DNA of 64,000 bases from Antedon mediterranea. Its lineage: Eukaryota > Animalia > Echinodermata. Made by a program: the position numbers and the translations under genes. The stretch lies in contig NC_092672.1 in the NCBI RefSeq assembly GCF_964355755.1, positions 19,047,237 to 19,111,236 of the forward strand, written 5' to 3'. Numbering within the stretch: position 1 is the first letter of the stretch; every line of letters begins with the position of its first letter. Of this stretch, positions 55,501 through 64,000 are shown one piece after another. The notes under the pieces were generated by a model. The model was given only the letters and a program-made list of their open reading frames with translations, did not search any database and had not been told where the DNA came from.

Positions 55501-58500
55501 TAGATCAACGAGTGTCCAAATATAGGCACTTTGGAGCTTACCAAAAGCTTCAATAATTGATATACTGTTGTAAATACAGGAACTGCATCTCAATAATAGT
55601 TATATTTCAATATGTAACTTGTAGAAACCATCAAATGATAAACACTGCATTTTTTTCATGGAATGATCTGAACAAAAGGTAATCTTTGCATAAAATATTT
55701 ATTAATTCATCTCAAGAAGTTGAATTAGAAATACATTTTTTTATTATATAACTTACAAATGTCCATAGGACTAATTTATTAATTACATATTTGTAGTTTA
55801 TACTTACAGTTGGGTTCATTTTCTATGTTGATGATTATGTAACATTGACACGGTGTCAATGTTACATTATGTTACGTCCGCAATAATTCATTTAAATCAA
55901 TAAGCGTAAAAAAATAGGCACTTTGGAGCTTACAAAAAGTTTCAATCAATGATATACTGTTGTAAATGAGGGAAATGTTACTCAATAATAGTTATATTTT
56001 CAATGTGTGTGTAACTTTAGGAAACTTCAAAATAAAACTCTGCACTTTATTGAAAATGACAAGAATGATTATGTTGTATATACCTCCATTTTTCATTATA
56101 CCCATAGAAATGTTGTTAAAAAGTTAATTATTGGAAGAAGTTATTGTAAAATGATTCTTTTAAAGTAAATTTGAACTGATGAAATTTGAATTTTTATTAA
56201 TTAAAGAATATTGGAAATTCAAATTTGGCGTCAATGTTACGTCCATATTTTTTCAGAATGTTAAGTCATAATATCAAGTACCGACTAAATACTTGTGATT
56301 TTTTGACTAAAATTTTTGTTGAAAATAAAACTTGGATAGTTGTACCATGAAAAAAGTGTCAAAGATTGTCTTTATTAGCATCTTGAAATTTTCACTTTCA
56401 TGTAACACACTGTATCCCAACCTGATGGAGTGACCCATATACAGTAACATATAGCCCTTCACATCATTGATTCTATCACACAACACGTTTACTATATACA
56501 GTAACATATAGCCCTTCACATCATTGATTCTATCACACGACACGTTTACTATATACAGTAACATATAGCCCTTCACATCATTGATTCTATCACACGACAC
56601 GTTTACTATTACAGTAACATATAGCCCTTCACATCATTGATTCTATCACACAACACGTTTACTATATACAGTAACATATAGCCCTTCACATCATTGATTC
56701 TATCACACGACACGTTTACTATATACAGTAACATATAGCCCTTCACATCATTGATTCTATCACACGACACGTTTACTATATACAGTAACATATAGCCCTT
56801 CACATCATTGATTCTATCACACAACACGTTTACTATATACAGTAACATATAGCCCTTCACATCATTGATTCTATCACACGACACGTTTACTGTATACAGT
56901 AACATATAGCCCTTCACATCATTGATTCTATCACACAACACGTTTACTATATACAGTAACATATAGCCCTTCACATCATTGATTCTATTACACGACACGT
57001 TTACTATATACAGTAACATATAGCCCTTTACATCATTGATTCTATCACACGACACGTTTACTGTATACAGTAACATATAGCCCTTCACATCATTGATTCT
57101 ATCACACAACACGTTTACTATATACAGTAACATATAGCCCTTCACATCATTGATTCTATTACACGACACGTTTACTATATACAGTAACATATAGCCCTTT
57201 ACATCATTGATTCTATCACACGACACGTTTACTGTATACAGTAACATATAGCCCTTCACATCATTGATTCTATCACACAACACGTTTACTATATACAGTA
57301 ACATATAGCCCTTCACATCATTGATTCTATTACACGACACGTTTACTATATACAGTAACATATAGCCCTTTACATCATTGATTCTATCACACGACACGTT
57401 TACTATATACAGTAACATATAGCCCTTCACATCATTGATTCTATTACACGACACGTTTACTATATACAGTAACATATAGCCCTTCACATCATTGATTCTA
57501 TCACACGACACGTTTACTATATACAGTAACATATAGCCCTTCACATCATTGATTCTATCACACGACACGTTTACTATATACAGTAACATATAGCCCTTCA
57601 CATCATTGATTCTATCACACAACACGTTTACTGTATACAGTAACATATAGCCCTTCACATCATTGATTCTATCACAGGACACGTTTACTATATACAGTAA
57701 CATATAGCCCTTCACATCATTGATTCTATTACACGACACGTTTACTATATACAGTAACATATAGCCCTTCACATCATTGATTCTATCACACAACACGTTT
57801 ACTATATACAGTAACATATAGCCCTTCACATCATTGATTCTATTACACGACACGTTTACTATATACAGTAACATATAGCCCTTCACATCATTGATTCTAT
57901 CACACAACACGTTTACTATATACAGTAACATATAGCCCTTCACATCATTGATTCTATTACACGACACGTTTACTATATACAGTAACATACAGTATAGCCC
58001 TTCACATCATTGATTCTATCACACGACACGTTTACTATATACAGTAACATATAGCCCTTCACATCATTGATTCTATTACACGACACGTTTACTATATACA
58101 GTAACATATAGCCCTTCACATCATTGATTCTATCACATGACACGTTTACTATATACAGTAACATATAGCCCTTCACATCATTGATTCTATCACACGACAC
58201 GTTTACTATATACAGTACAGTAACATATAGCCCTTCACATCATTGATTCTATTACACGACACGTTTACTATATACAGTAACATATAGCCCTTCACATCAT
58301 TGATTCTATTACACGACACGTTTACTATATACAGTAACATATAGCCCTTCACATCATTGATTCTATCACACAACACGTTTACTATATACAGTAACATATA
58401 GCCCTTCACATCATTGATTCTATCACACGACACGTTTACTATATACAGTAACATATAGCCCTTCACATCATTGATTCTATCACACAACACGTTTACTATA

Positions 58501-61500
58501 TACAGTAACATAGCCCTTCACATCATTGATTCTATCACACAACACGTTTACTATATACAGTAACATAGCCCTTCACATCATTGATTCTATCACACGACAC
58601 GTTTACTATATACAGTAACATATAGCCCTTCACATCATTGATTCTATCACACGACACGTTTACTATATACAGTAACATATAGCCCTTCACATCATTGATT
58701 CTATCACACGACACGTTTACTATTACAGTAACATATAGCCCTTCACATCATTGATTCTATCACACGACACGTTTACTATATACAGTAACATATAGCCCTT
58801 CACATCATTGATTCTATCACATGACACGTTTACTATATACAGTAACATATAGCCCTTCACATCATTGATTCTATCACACGACACGTTTACTATATACAGT
58901 AACATATAGCCCTTCACATCATTGATTCTATCACATGACACGTTTACTATATACAGTAACATATAGCCCTTCACATCATTGATTCTATCACACAACACGT
59001 TTACTATATACAGTAACATATAGCCCTTCACATCATTGATTCTATCACACGACACGTTTACTATATACAGTAACATAGCTCTTCACATCATTGATTCTAT
59101 TACACGACACGTTTACTATATACAGTAACATATAGCCCTTCACATCATTGATTCTATCACACGACACGTTTACTATATACAGTAACATAGCCCTTCACAT
59201 CATTGATTCTATTACACGACACGTTTACTATATACAGTAACATATAGCCCTTCACATCATTGATTCTATCACACGACACGTTTACTATATACAGTAACAT
59301 ATAGCCCTTCACATCATTGATTCTATCACACGACACGTTTACTGTATACAGTAACATATAGCCCTTCACATCATTGATTCTATCACACGACACGTTTACT
59401 ATATACAGTAAATGTAATTTGGTTTGTAATTCTGGTTTTTTCCATGACATGTGTATTTTAATAATATACTATGGTATATGCGTCAGTCTTTATAACATAA
59501 CATGTTTACAGTAAAGTATTTATTTGTACTTTATTTTTTTGTATTAATTCGCAAAAGTTTTATGTCATGAAAATGGCCGATAAGTAACCAATTCACAACC
59601 AGTTTCTTGTTTTTTTAGTATTTAGTACATGCAGGAAAAAATAAAATAGATTTATATACTGTCAGTGAGATCCTTCAAGAGGTTGATAGAGCAGAACATG
59701 TTGAGTTGAACCAATGGTACAGTGGCACAAATGCTTAAATACCATCTGAAAATTTGTATTCAGAAATGCCTTCAGAAGGATGACACATACTATCCAACAT
59801 ACAATTATTTTACTTTAATAAGAAATATACAACTCACACATTCCATCCAGATCTGAAGTAACCTTTAACCCCTAGGCCAATTATTTTCAAAAGACATTCT
59901 GCCGCATAAACTAGAGAAAAAAAATCATAAGAATTGTTTGCTTGTAAAATTTATATGTATATTACATTCAGTTTGAATGTTAAATTCAAATGAAAGCAGT
60001 GGATTATTTTAATACATATTTACTTTAGAGATAAAATCAAAATTGTGAGGCATTTGATGAATAGGCAAACTGCCTTAAAATACTGTAACATGTTTCGAGA
60101 ATACTATTCTCATCAGAACTGAAATCAAATGAATGGGATGTAGTTTAAAACAAATAATTAATGTTTTGTATTTGTTGAATGGAAAGAATATTTTCAGTTT
60201 TTTATTCATGTTTCATATTCAACTAATTGAATACAGCATTCAATCGTTTAAGATACTCATTTATTTTTAATTTGAAATTTTTAACAGTAATTGTTTTTTT
60301 TATAGCTATATACCAGTAACATTGCAAATTGTTATTGACATTTTTTATTTTTTTGGAAAAGTCTAGTGAGAAACAGGCATTAGAATTTAGAATCAATCAA
60401 ATTATTTGGTACTTACTGGCAACAAACATCCAATCATACCACATGACTTGGCTCAGTTGATTCTTAATATAATCAGGATCATTACTATCTTTATAAACTT
60501 ATAAAAAAAACACATTCATTATAGTTATCAAGTAACTTCATTCATTTTATAACTAAACATTGATTCATTTGGCCTCAAGTTTTATATTTGAAGATTTTTT
60601 TGTGACTGAACAAGCAATTTGTAAAAAATAAGATAATACATTATTAACAAATTTGAAAGGTAAAATCATAGCTTGCCTCACTTAAAAAAAAAATGTTATA
60701 TCAAAAGTAAACATTTATTGTACATGGCACCATGGGAGTATACTGTCATTATATGATATGGCACTATAATTTAATAAATAAACAAAAAATAATAATTATA
60801 ATATATGATGTGTCAGAACTACCATTAATGTGATCAAATTAGTTGATTAGATTAATTAATCTATTCAATAGAAAAGATGTGGGAACTAATTATTGCTACT
60901 AAAGTAAAGGGTTGAATTCTTATTGGTCAATCACACTACTAGTGTAAATTTAAAAGCTATTTGGTTGGTTGATTAAAATATAGAGCTATCATTTGATTGG
61001 CTAGTACACCTCAAAAGGGTATTGGCTTATGTAATTGAAAAGTAGCCTGGCTAACATTAACAAGTGACTTTTATGGCTAACATCAATTGGCGAACAATCC
61101 TACAATAAACTGACACTTTAAAACTTACATGATATCAGGATAGTCCTAACAAAGAACAGGATACCATTGCTGGCAATCACCAAGTCTACAAATAAAATAA
61201 AATTTAACTGTACCATACACATTGTTATATCTAACACTTTCATTATTTTTTATTAGACCATTAATATTATTAATGGTCTAATGTTATTAAATACTGTAGT
61301 TAAATAATAATATATGCAAGTCATTGATCAAATACATGTTCCACAAGATTAAAACATTTTCTAAGCATCTGGCTACAAAATTTACAGTATATATAACGTA
61401 TTTAAATTTAAGATGGTAATACATTTTCTATTTTTCAATATTTTTAGTGATATATAGTTAAAGAATGCATGGTGATGATGTTGGCATGGGAAAAAATACT

Positions 61501-62657
61501 GATAGGCTAGTTCTACAAACATTTAGTGGTAAGTGGGAGGTCAAACAAATCCTATTTCCTGAAGTGCCCATTTAAAACTAGTAAAGATTAGCAATTGTAT
61601 GTAATAAGAAGTAGTAATTGGATGGAAGTGACTGTCAGTGTAAACATGCCTAACTAGCCTAGCTCATGAGACTGTTTGCCCCTTTTGAAGAAGAAATTAA
61701 ACCCTATAACAATCCTGGTTACACTGGGATCAAGACAAACAAGTTAACCACCAAGTTATTTCAAAGGCAAATCAAAACTTACAAATAAAGAATTTAAAAA
61801 TATTGGAACTGATAAGCCTGTAGATGCATCTGAATGGAAAATCCAAAGGCTTTAGAAGCGTCTCAAACCACATTCGTTGATTTCCCACAGATTTCCAGTT
61901 GAGTTTAGTTACTTCGTACACACCATAAAAGTCATCAAGACTTAGAATACCAGACTCTGATTTATCAAGTGTTTTGAAAGCCAGCAACACAGAGTATTTC
62001 TTCAAACTTGGACGATAGTAACGCAACAGTCCTTGAAAATGAGTAAAGCTTAGTTTACCCAAATGCTGTAGGGAACAAATTTGTAAAGTTAATAATTGCA
62101 ATCTTAAAATCTTTATCTTTAAAATTGTTGAGAACAAGAAACTTCTCAACAGAATTTTCCAAAGGTTCAAAGGTAAAAAGAAATCTTAAACTGCATTCTA
62201 TTTTAATCAATCAGAATTTCTGGGGGAAAACATACTTTTTGGACAGCCTTCTGCACAGTGGCATAACGACTATGAGTGCTTATGGCTAAACAAGATGGTC
62301 CTAAAACTAATGGGCATTATCAACCCAATGCAACTACAGAGTATTGGACAACTCTGGCTTTGCCTCATGCGTTACAAACACTGCTTTTTTACCGTGGCTG
62401 CCATGATGGTCTTAACTTAATCTAAATTTCTTTTATTTCTAGCAATATCGAATGTAGTGAGCTGATTTAAAAAAAAAACATATGAGAGTTGGTGAAAGAT
62501 ATTGTTGAGCTCTAAAAGACATACATATTATACATTTTACCTTGCGACTACACAACAAACGAAATGCCTTGGCAGCACCTGTCCTCTTGTGCATAAACAA
62601 CTTCTTAAACTTATTCTTTTCAATTCCTGTAAATGTGTCATACACAACGGCCAAAAG
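31371..62657 (-). CDS. TPCN1: Two-pore channel 1 (TPC1), 15 exons from IS6 to C-terminus; 5' part beyond right edge
   Basis: LLAVVYDTFTGIEKNKFKKLFMHKR, YFRSGWNVFDF, S4 LRPLRLLRLFKVKKRYR, YAIIGMELF, YLNNF, filter TLFELMVVNNW, IIIAFILEAF; phases consistent. Confidence 0.94.
32065..32142 (-). CDS. TPCN1: TPC1 exon (GITTFKGYRQRTKADLNKTMYAEEMK)
   Basis: 78 nt; matches the TPC1 C-terminal R.RTK.DL...MY.EE motif. Confidence 0.88.
32771..32903. mobile_element. PIF/Harbinger-type (Tourist-like) MITE
   Basis: TAA|AGCTCTGTCTACA.TATCAAACT...AGTTTGATAGTGTAGACAGAGCT|TAA; degenerate relative at ~37866-37952. Confidence 0.85.
32959..33300 (+). mobile_element. Asymmetric-IR element (copy 2)
   Basis: ACAAATAATGAATGTTT...AAACATTCATTATTTGT, TTATAACACACCT...AGGTGTATTATAA. 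Confidence 0.65.
33371..33486 (-). CDS. TPCN1: TPC1 exon (DAVVEFEAS...QQLRTT)
   Basis: 116 nt, phase 1-0. Confidence 0.8.
33786..33894 (-). CDS. TPCN1: TPC1 exon, IIS6 (VVVTIIIAFILEAF...)
   Basis: 109 nt, phase 0-1. Confidence 0.9.
33912..35447. repeat. 19-bp minisatellite (~80 units)
   Basis: Unit AAGTTTCAATACTGTAAAC. Confidence 0.97.
35738..35806 (-). CDS. TPCN1: TPC1 exon (NGVAEVRSEWSRVYFIVFYLSSM)
   Basis: 69 nt, phase 0-0. Confidence 0.92.
36274..36320 (-). CDS. TPCN1: TPC1 exon, pore II filter (TLFELMVVNNWHIIM)
   Basis: 47 nt, phase 1-0. Confidence 0.93.
36418..37239 (+). mobile_element. P-element-type MITE, uninterrupted 822-bp copy
   Basis: ~40-bp TIR starting CAAAG; 7-bp TSD ATAGAAT. 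Confidence 0.88.
37264..37355 (-). CDS. TPCN1: TPC1 exon (NTSVENYY...YLNNFNDIIYSY)
   Basis: 92 nt, phase 2-1. Confidence 0.9.
38030..38119 (-). CDS. TPCN1: TPC1 exon, IIS5 (VCIVLV...GMELF...NCC)
   Basis: 90 nt, phase 2-2. Confidence 0.92.
38294..40268. repeat. 76-bp satellite with 289-bp (4-monomer) higher-order repeat
   Basis: GGGTAAATGGTTAGC variant recurs at 38294, 38583, 38872, 39161 and 39450. Confidence 0.95.
40401..40472 (-). CDS. TPCN1: TPC1 exon (LFKVKKRYRDVL...PRLW)
   Basis: 72 nt, phase 2-2. Confidence 0.9.
40797..40901 (-). CDS. TPCN1: TPC1 exon, IIS3-S4 (FDFVITV...LRPLRLL)
   Basis: 105 nt, phase 2-2; follows the 18.9-kb intron. Confidence 0.92.
41810..42100 (+). mobile_element. 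Nin/Deu-domain tRNA-SINE (5'-truncated)
   Basis: B box GGTTCGAGGC; core CTTCTCGGATAAGGACTATAAACCGTAGGTCC...TTAAAGAACC...GAGTAGGGGGTTACCCCGGTGT. Confidence 0.85.
43528..43760 (+). mobile_element. Asymmetric-IR element (copy 3), 3' end split by a hAT insertion
   Basis: Same head as 4152; its AGGTGTGTTAT|AA end resumes after 44826. Confidence 0.65.
43761..44826. mobile_element. Non-autonomous hAT-like element (5-bp TSD)
   Basis: TIR CAGG(C/G)CCGTAGCCAGG; GTTAT on both flanks; CGAACCCCCC subterminal motifs. Confidence 0.85.
45022..45305. repeat. 55-bp minisatellite x~5 just downstream of the nested gene
   Basis: Unit CAGATCTTCCACAGCAATCTATTGTCAACTACAGTCTGGTTATGGAAGTCATCAT. Confidence 0.95.
45433..46346 (-). 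CDS. Nested gene exon 3: three Link-like modules
   Basis: Third module EAQNRCIGHGGKLATRAQVQAAYESGLDVCRLGWVESGEVLYPVTVSRQECG...GFCY is a canonical Link pattern; two diverged modules precede it. Confidence 0.88.
45433..47139 (-). CDS. Secreted PAN/apple + three Link (X-link) module protein, ~408 aa, 3 exons, nested in TPC1 intron
   Basis: Exons 47139-46852, 46498-46474 and 46346-45433 join in frame (phases 0, 1); signal peptide MDFFLLSKGICLILCLTPIVHSA. Confidence 0.8.
46474..46498 (-). CDS. Nested gene micro-exon (VLNQDFKK)
   Basis: ttttatttcAG...GTAAGT; bridges phase 0 to phase 1. Confidence 0.65.
46852..47139 (-). CDS. Nested gene exon 1: signal peptide + PAN/apple domain
   Basis: CLLECSRKIYCLSVNY....TCQIN fits PAN pattern C-x3-C-x5-C-x-S-x-N-Y...C; GTAAG donor. 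Confidence 0.82.
48605..48925 (-). mobile_element. Full-length Nin/Deu-domain tRNA-derived SINE
   Basis: A box TGGCCGAGCGG, B box GGTTCGAGGC, conserved central domain, (TCAA)n-like tail. Confidence 0.87.
49678..51079. repeat. 38-bp homogeneous minisatellite (~37 units)
   Basis: Unit GGTGCAAGAGACATTACTACCTCAGCCTCACCATGGTT. Confidence 0.97.
51660..51900 (-). pseudogene. Degenerate DNA-transposon protein C-terminal fragment (Academ-like)
   Basis: EARFNLFSK...PPTKEAL...RSAY resembles the recurrent 'AR..LF...LPPT..AL..H..R..YQ..W' motif. Confidence 0.5.
52718..56436 (+). mobile_element. 3.7-kb non-autonomous Sola-like DNA transposon
   Basis: 27-bp TIR GGGTCA(T/C)TCCATCAGGTTGGGATACAG; 4-bp TSD ATAT; many TGTTACGTC subterminal repeats. 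Confidence 0.82.
54198..55188 (+). pseudogene. Spliced transposon-gene remnant (acidic exon + Tudor/SH3-like C-terminal domain)
   Basis: Exon-like segments 54198-54397, 54534-54662 and 54909-55188; GDYVAVIYNDDWWPGQV...ISFLEK..NKFIWP; frameshift from a TGGAG duplication near 55033. Confidence 0.65.
59838..59910 (-). CDS. TPCN1: TPC1 exon (YAAECLLKIIGLG...SGWN)
   Basis: 73 nt, phase 1-2. Confidence 0.92.
60417..60497 (-). CDS. TPCN1: TPC1 exon (YKDSNDPD...WMFVA)
   Basis: 81 nt, phase 1-1. Confidence 0.8.
61129..61185 (-). CDS. TPCN1: TPC1 exon, IIS1 (LVIASNGILFFVRTILIS)
   Basis: 57 nt, phase 1-1. Confidence 0.87.
61783..62065 (-). CDS. TPCN1: TPC1 exon, EF-hand-like linker (HLGKLSF...FKFFI)
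   Basis: 283 nt; overlaps ORF 61772..62170. Confidence 0.93.
62541..62657 (-). CDS. TPCN1: TPC1 exon (LLAVVYDTF...LCSRK)
   Basis: 117 nt, AG/GT flanks. Confidence 0.93.
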
Positions 62658-63760
62658 CTGTAATTAGATTTAAGAAAAACCCAAAGTATTATTTCAAAGA
62701 CTGTCTATAATTATAGGACAACATTTGAAATCATGGTTCTGTGGGCTTTTGCATTCTCTGTTATGCCTTTTCATTTGCGCCCATTGTTCAAACTTGGATA
62801 GATTTACATCACAGTTAGTTTTACCATGGTTTGTACATAAATTTAGCAGTGATGTTAAATACTCTGATTAAATCACATGATGGTTATGTGTTATCAGAGT
62901 CACTTGTTCGGATTGATTTTTTTAGCCACTAGCTTGAATAGTTTTACCAAGACCATAGAAAGTTCTACAGGACAGGCAGGGTAAAGTTAAACCTAAGGGG
63001 AATGGTAGCCAGTGTTTTGATTGGACTTTTCTTGGTCAACTTTCTTAGCTGACGACTAAGGTAAGTGTAAGTCCAGTGTGATCGATCGAGGCTTAAAAAA
63101 ACTAAACATTGTGATCATACTTGAATATAATACTCAATACTGAAGCGATACTAGCAATGTCTATTTAGAACGCAATTAAACCATTCATGACATTATATTT
63201 AGTATCATTAATCCATTGCAGCTAGTAGACTGTCTACACCCTATTAGATATTATCATATACCTGCTGCAATGGTGTGGATAAAGGCTAGATTGCATGTTA
63301 ACATGGTGTGTAACCTTGGACAAGCCTACACTTAGATGAGTGAATATATCAACAAGATGGGTATAGAGAAGGTTGCCAGAGGAAGCCTAATTAAATACTA
63401 TTCATCCACAAAGGATACAACACTTTCAAGGTAATTAGATAATTAATTTAATGAATGATTGGAAATAAATGAACATAGGAAATAACTAAGTGTGAATGAA
63501 TAACCTGAAGTTGGCAAACGTTTCAACATTTAATGTGAAGAAGGGCAATGTCCCAACATAAAAAGAAAGATACTAAATAAATGTCCATATCAAAAATGTC
63601 ATCTGCAAACTGTGACATTTTATTTGTTCCAAACTTTATTGTTTTTAGACAGACTATCAATATTATATATTAGCTCTTCCACATCTGAAAAATCCTGGAT
63701 CCGCCACTTTACATAATTTTATTAAACAATACTGTTTGTATTTTTAATCTACCTGTTTTA

Positions 63761-64000
63761 GGGTATGTTCAGACTCACAGAGTTACGGTGGAGTTATGTA
63801 AGTGGCGTACATATTTTTGTCTCTGAACCATGCCGCGGATTAGCGTTAGGAAGCTGTTACTCCGCGCCAGTGGCGTTAATAACTCTAGCGGGAGAGGGTA
63901 GATTTCATAACGCTAATCCAGTGATGCATCAGTGATTTTAACCTTAACCAATGAAAATACACGACCACGATTAGCAGACAGCAACTACATACCCGTACCC
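63761..64000. mobile_element. Probable left end of a PIF/Harbinger-like element
   Basis: TTA|GGGTATGTTCAGAC start with an abrupt GC increase; other end not in window. Confidence 0.45.

Larger units (their letters stand above)
52495..59410. repeat. 57-bp satellite (~56 units), interrupted at 52718-56436
   Basis: Unit TATAGCCCTTCACATCATTGATTCTATCACACGACACGTTTACTATATACAGTAACA. Confidence 0.97.

Noticed and set aside
56307-59450. 459-aa and other MLLYIVNVSCDRINDVKGY ORFs
   Set aside because: Translation of a 57-bp satellite, broken by indels and a transposon insertion.

Overview
AT-rich, intron-rich metazoan DNA, probably a marine invertebrate (inferred from a Nin/Deu-domain SINE and Link modules). 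I reconstructed three spliced genes on the minus strand by hand; their GT-AG boundaries and reading phases are consistent. (1) VPS53: 15 coding exons at 15398->1258, continuing off the left edge. (2) Two-pore channel TPC1/TPCN1, C-terminal part: 15 exons at 62657->31371, with the 5' part off the right edge. (3) A 3-exon, ~408-aa secreted PAN/apple + 3x Link protein gene (47139->45433), nested on the SAME strand in the 18.9-kb TPC1 intron. Between VPS53 and TPC1 lies a ~12.3-kb foldback-like element (16706-28990) with short TIRs, a TSD, two inverted arrays of a ~100-bp hairpin monomer and a core of nested palindromes. A P-type MITE, itself interrupted by a LINE fragment, sits in its left TIR. 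The rest is MITEs (hAT5-, Kolobok-, Harbinger-, P-, Helentron-like), a 3.7-kb Sola-like element inside a 57-bp satellite, SINEs and tandem repeats of 19, 31, 38, 45, 55 and 76 bp. The 38-bp array carries a perfect let-7 seed match in every unit. All family assignments come from motif recognition, not database searches.
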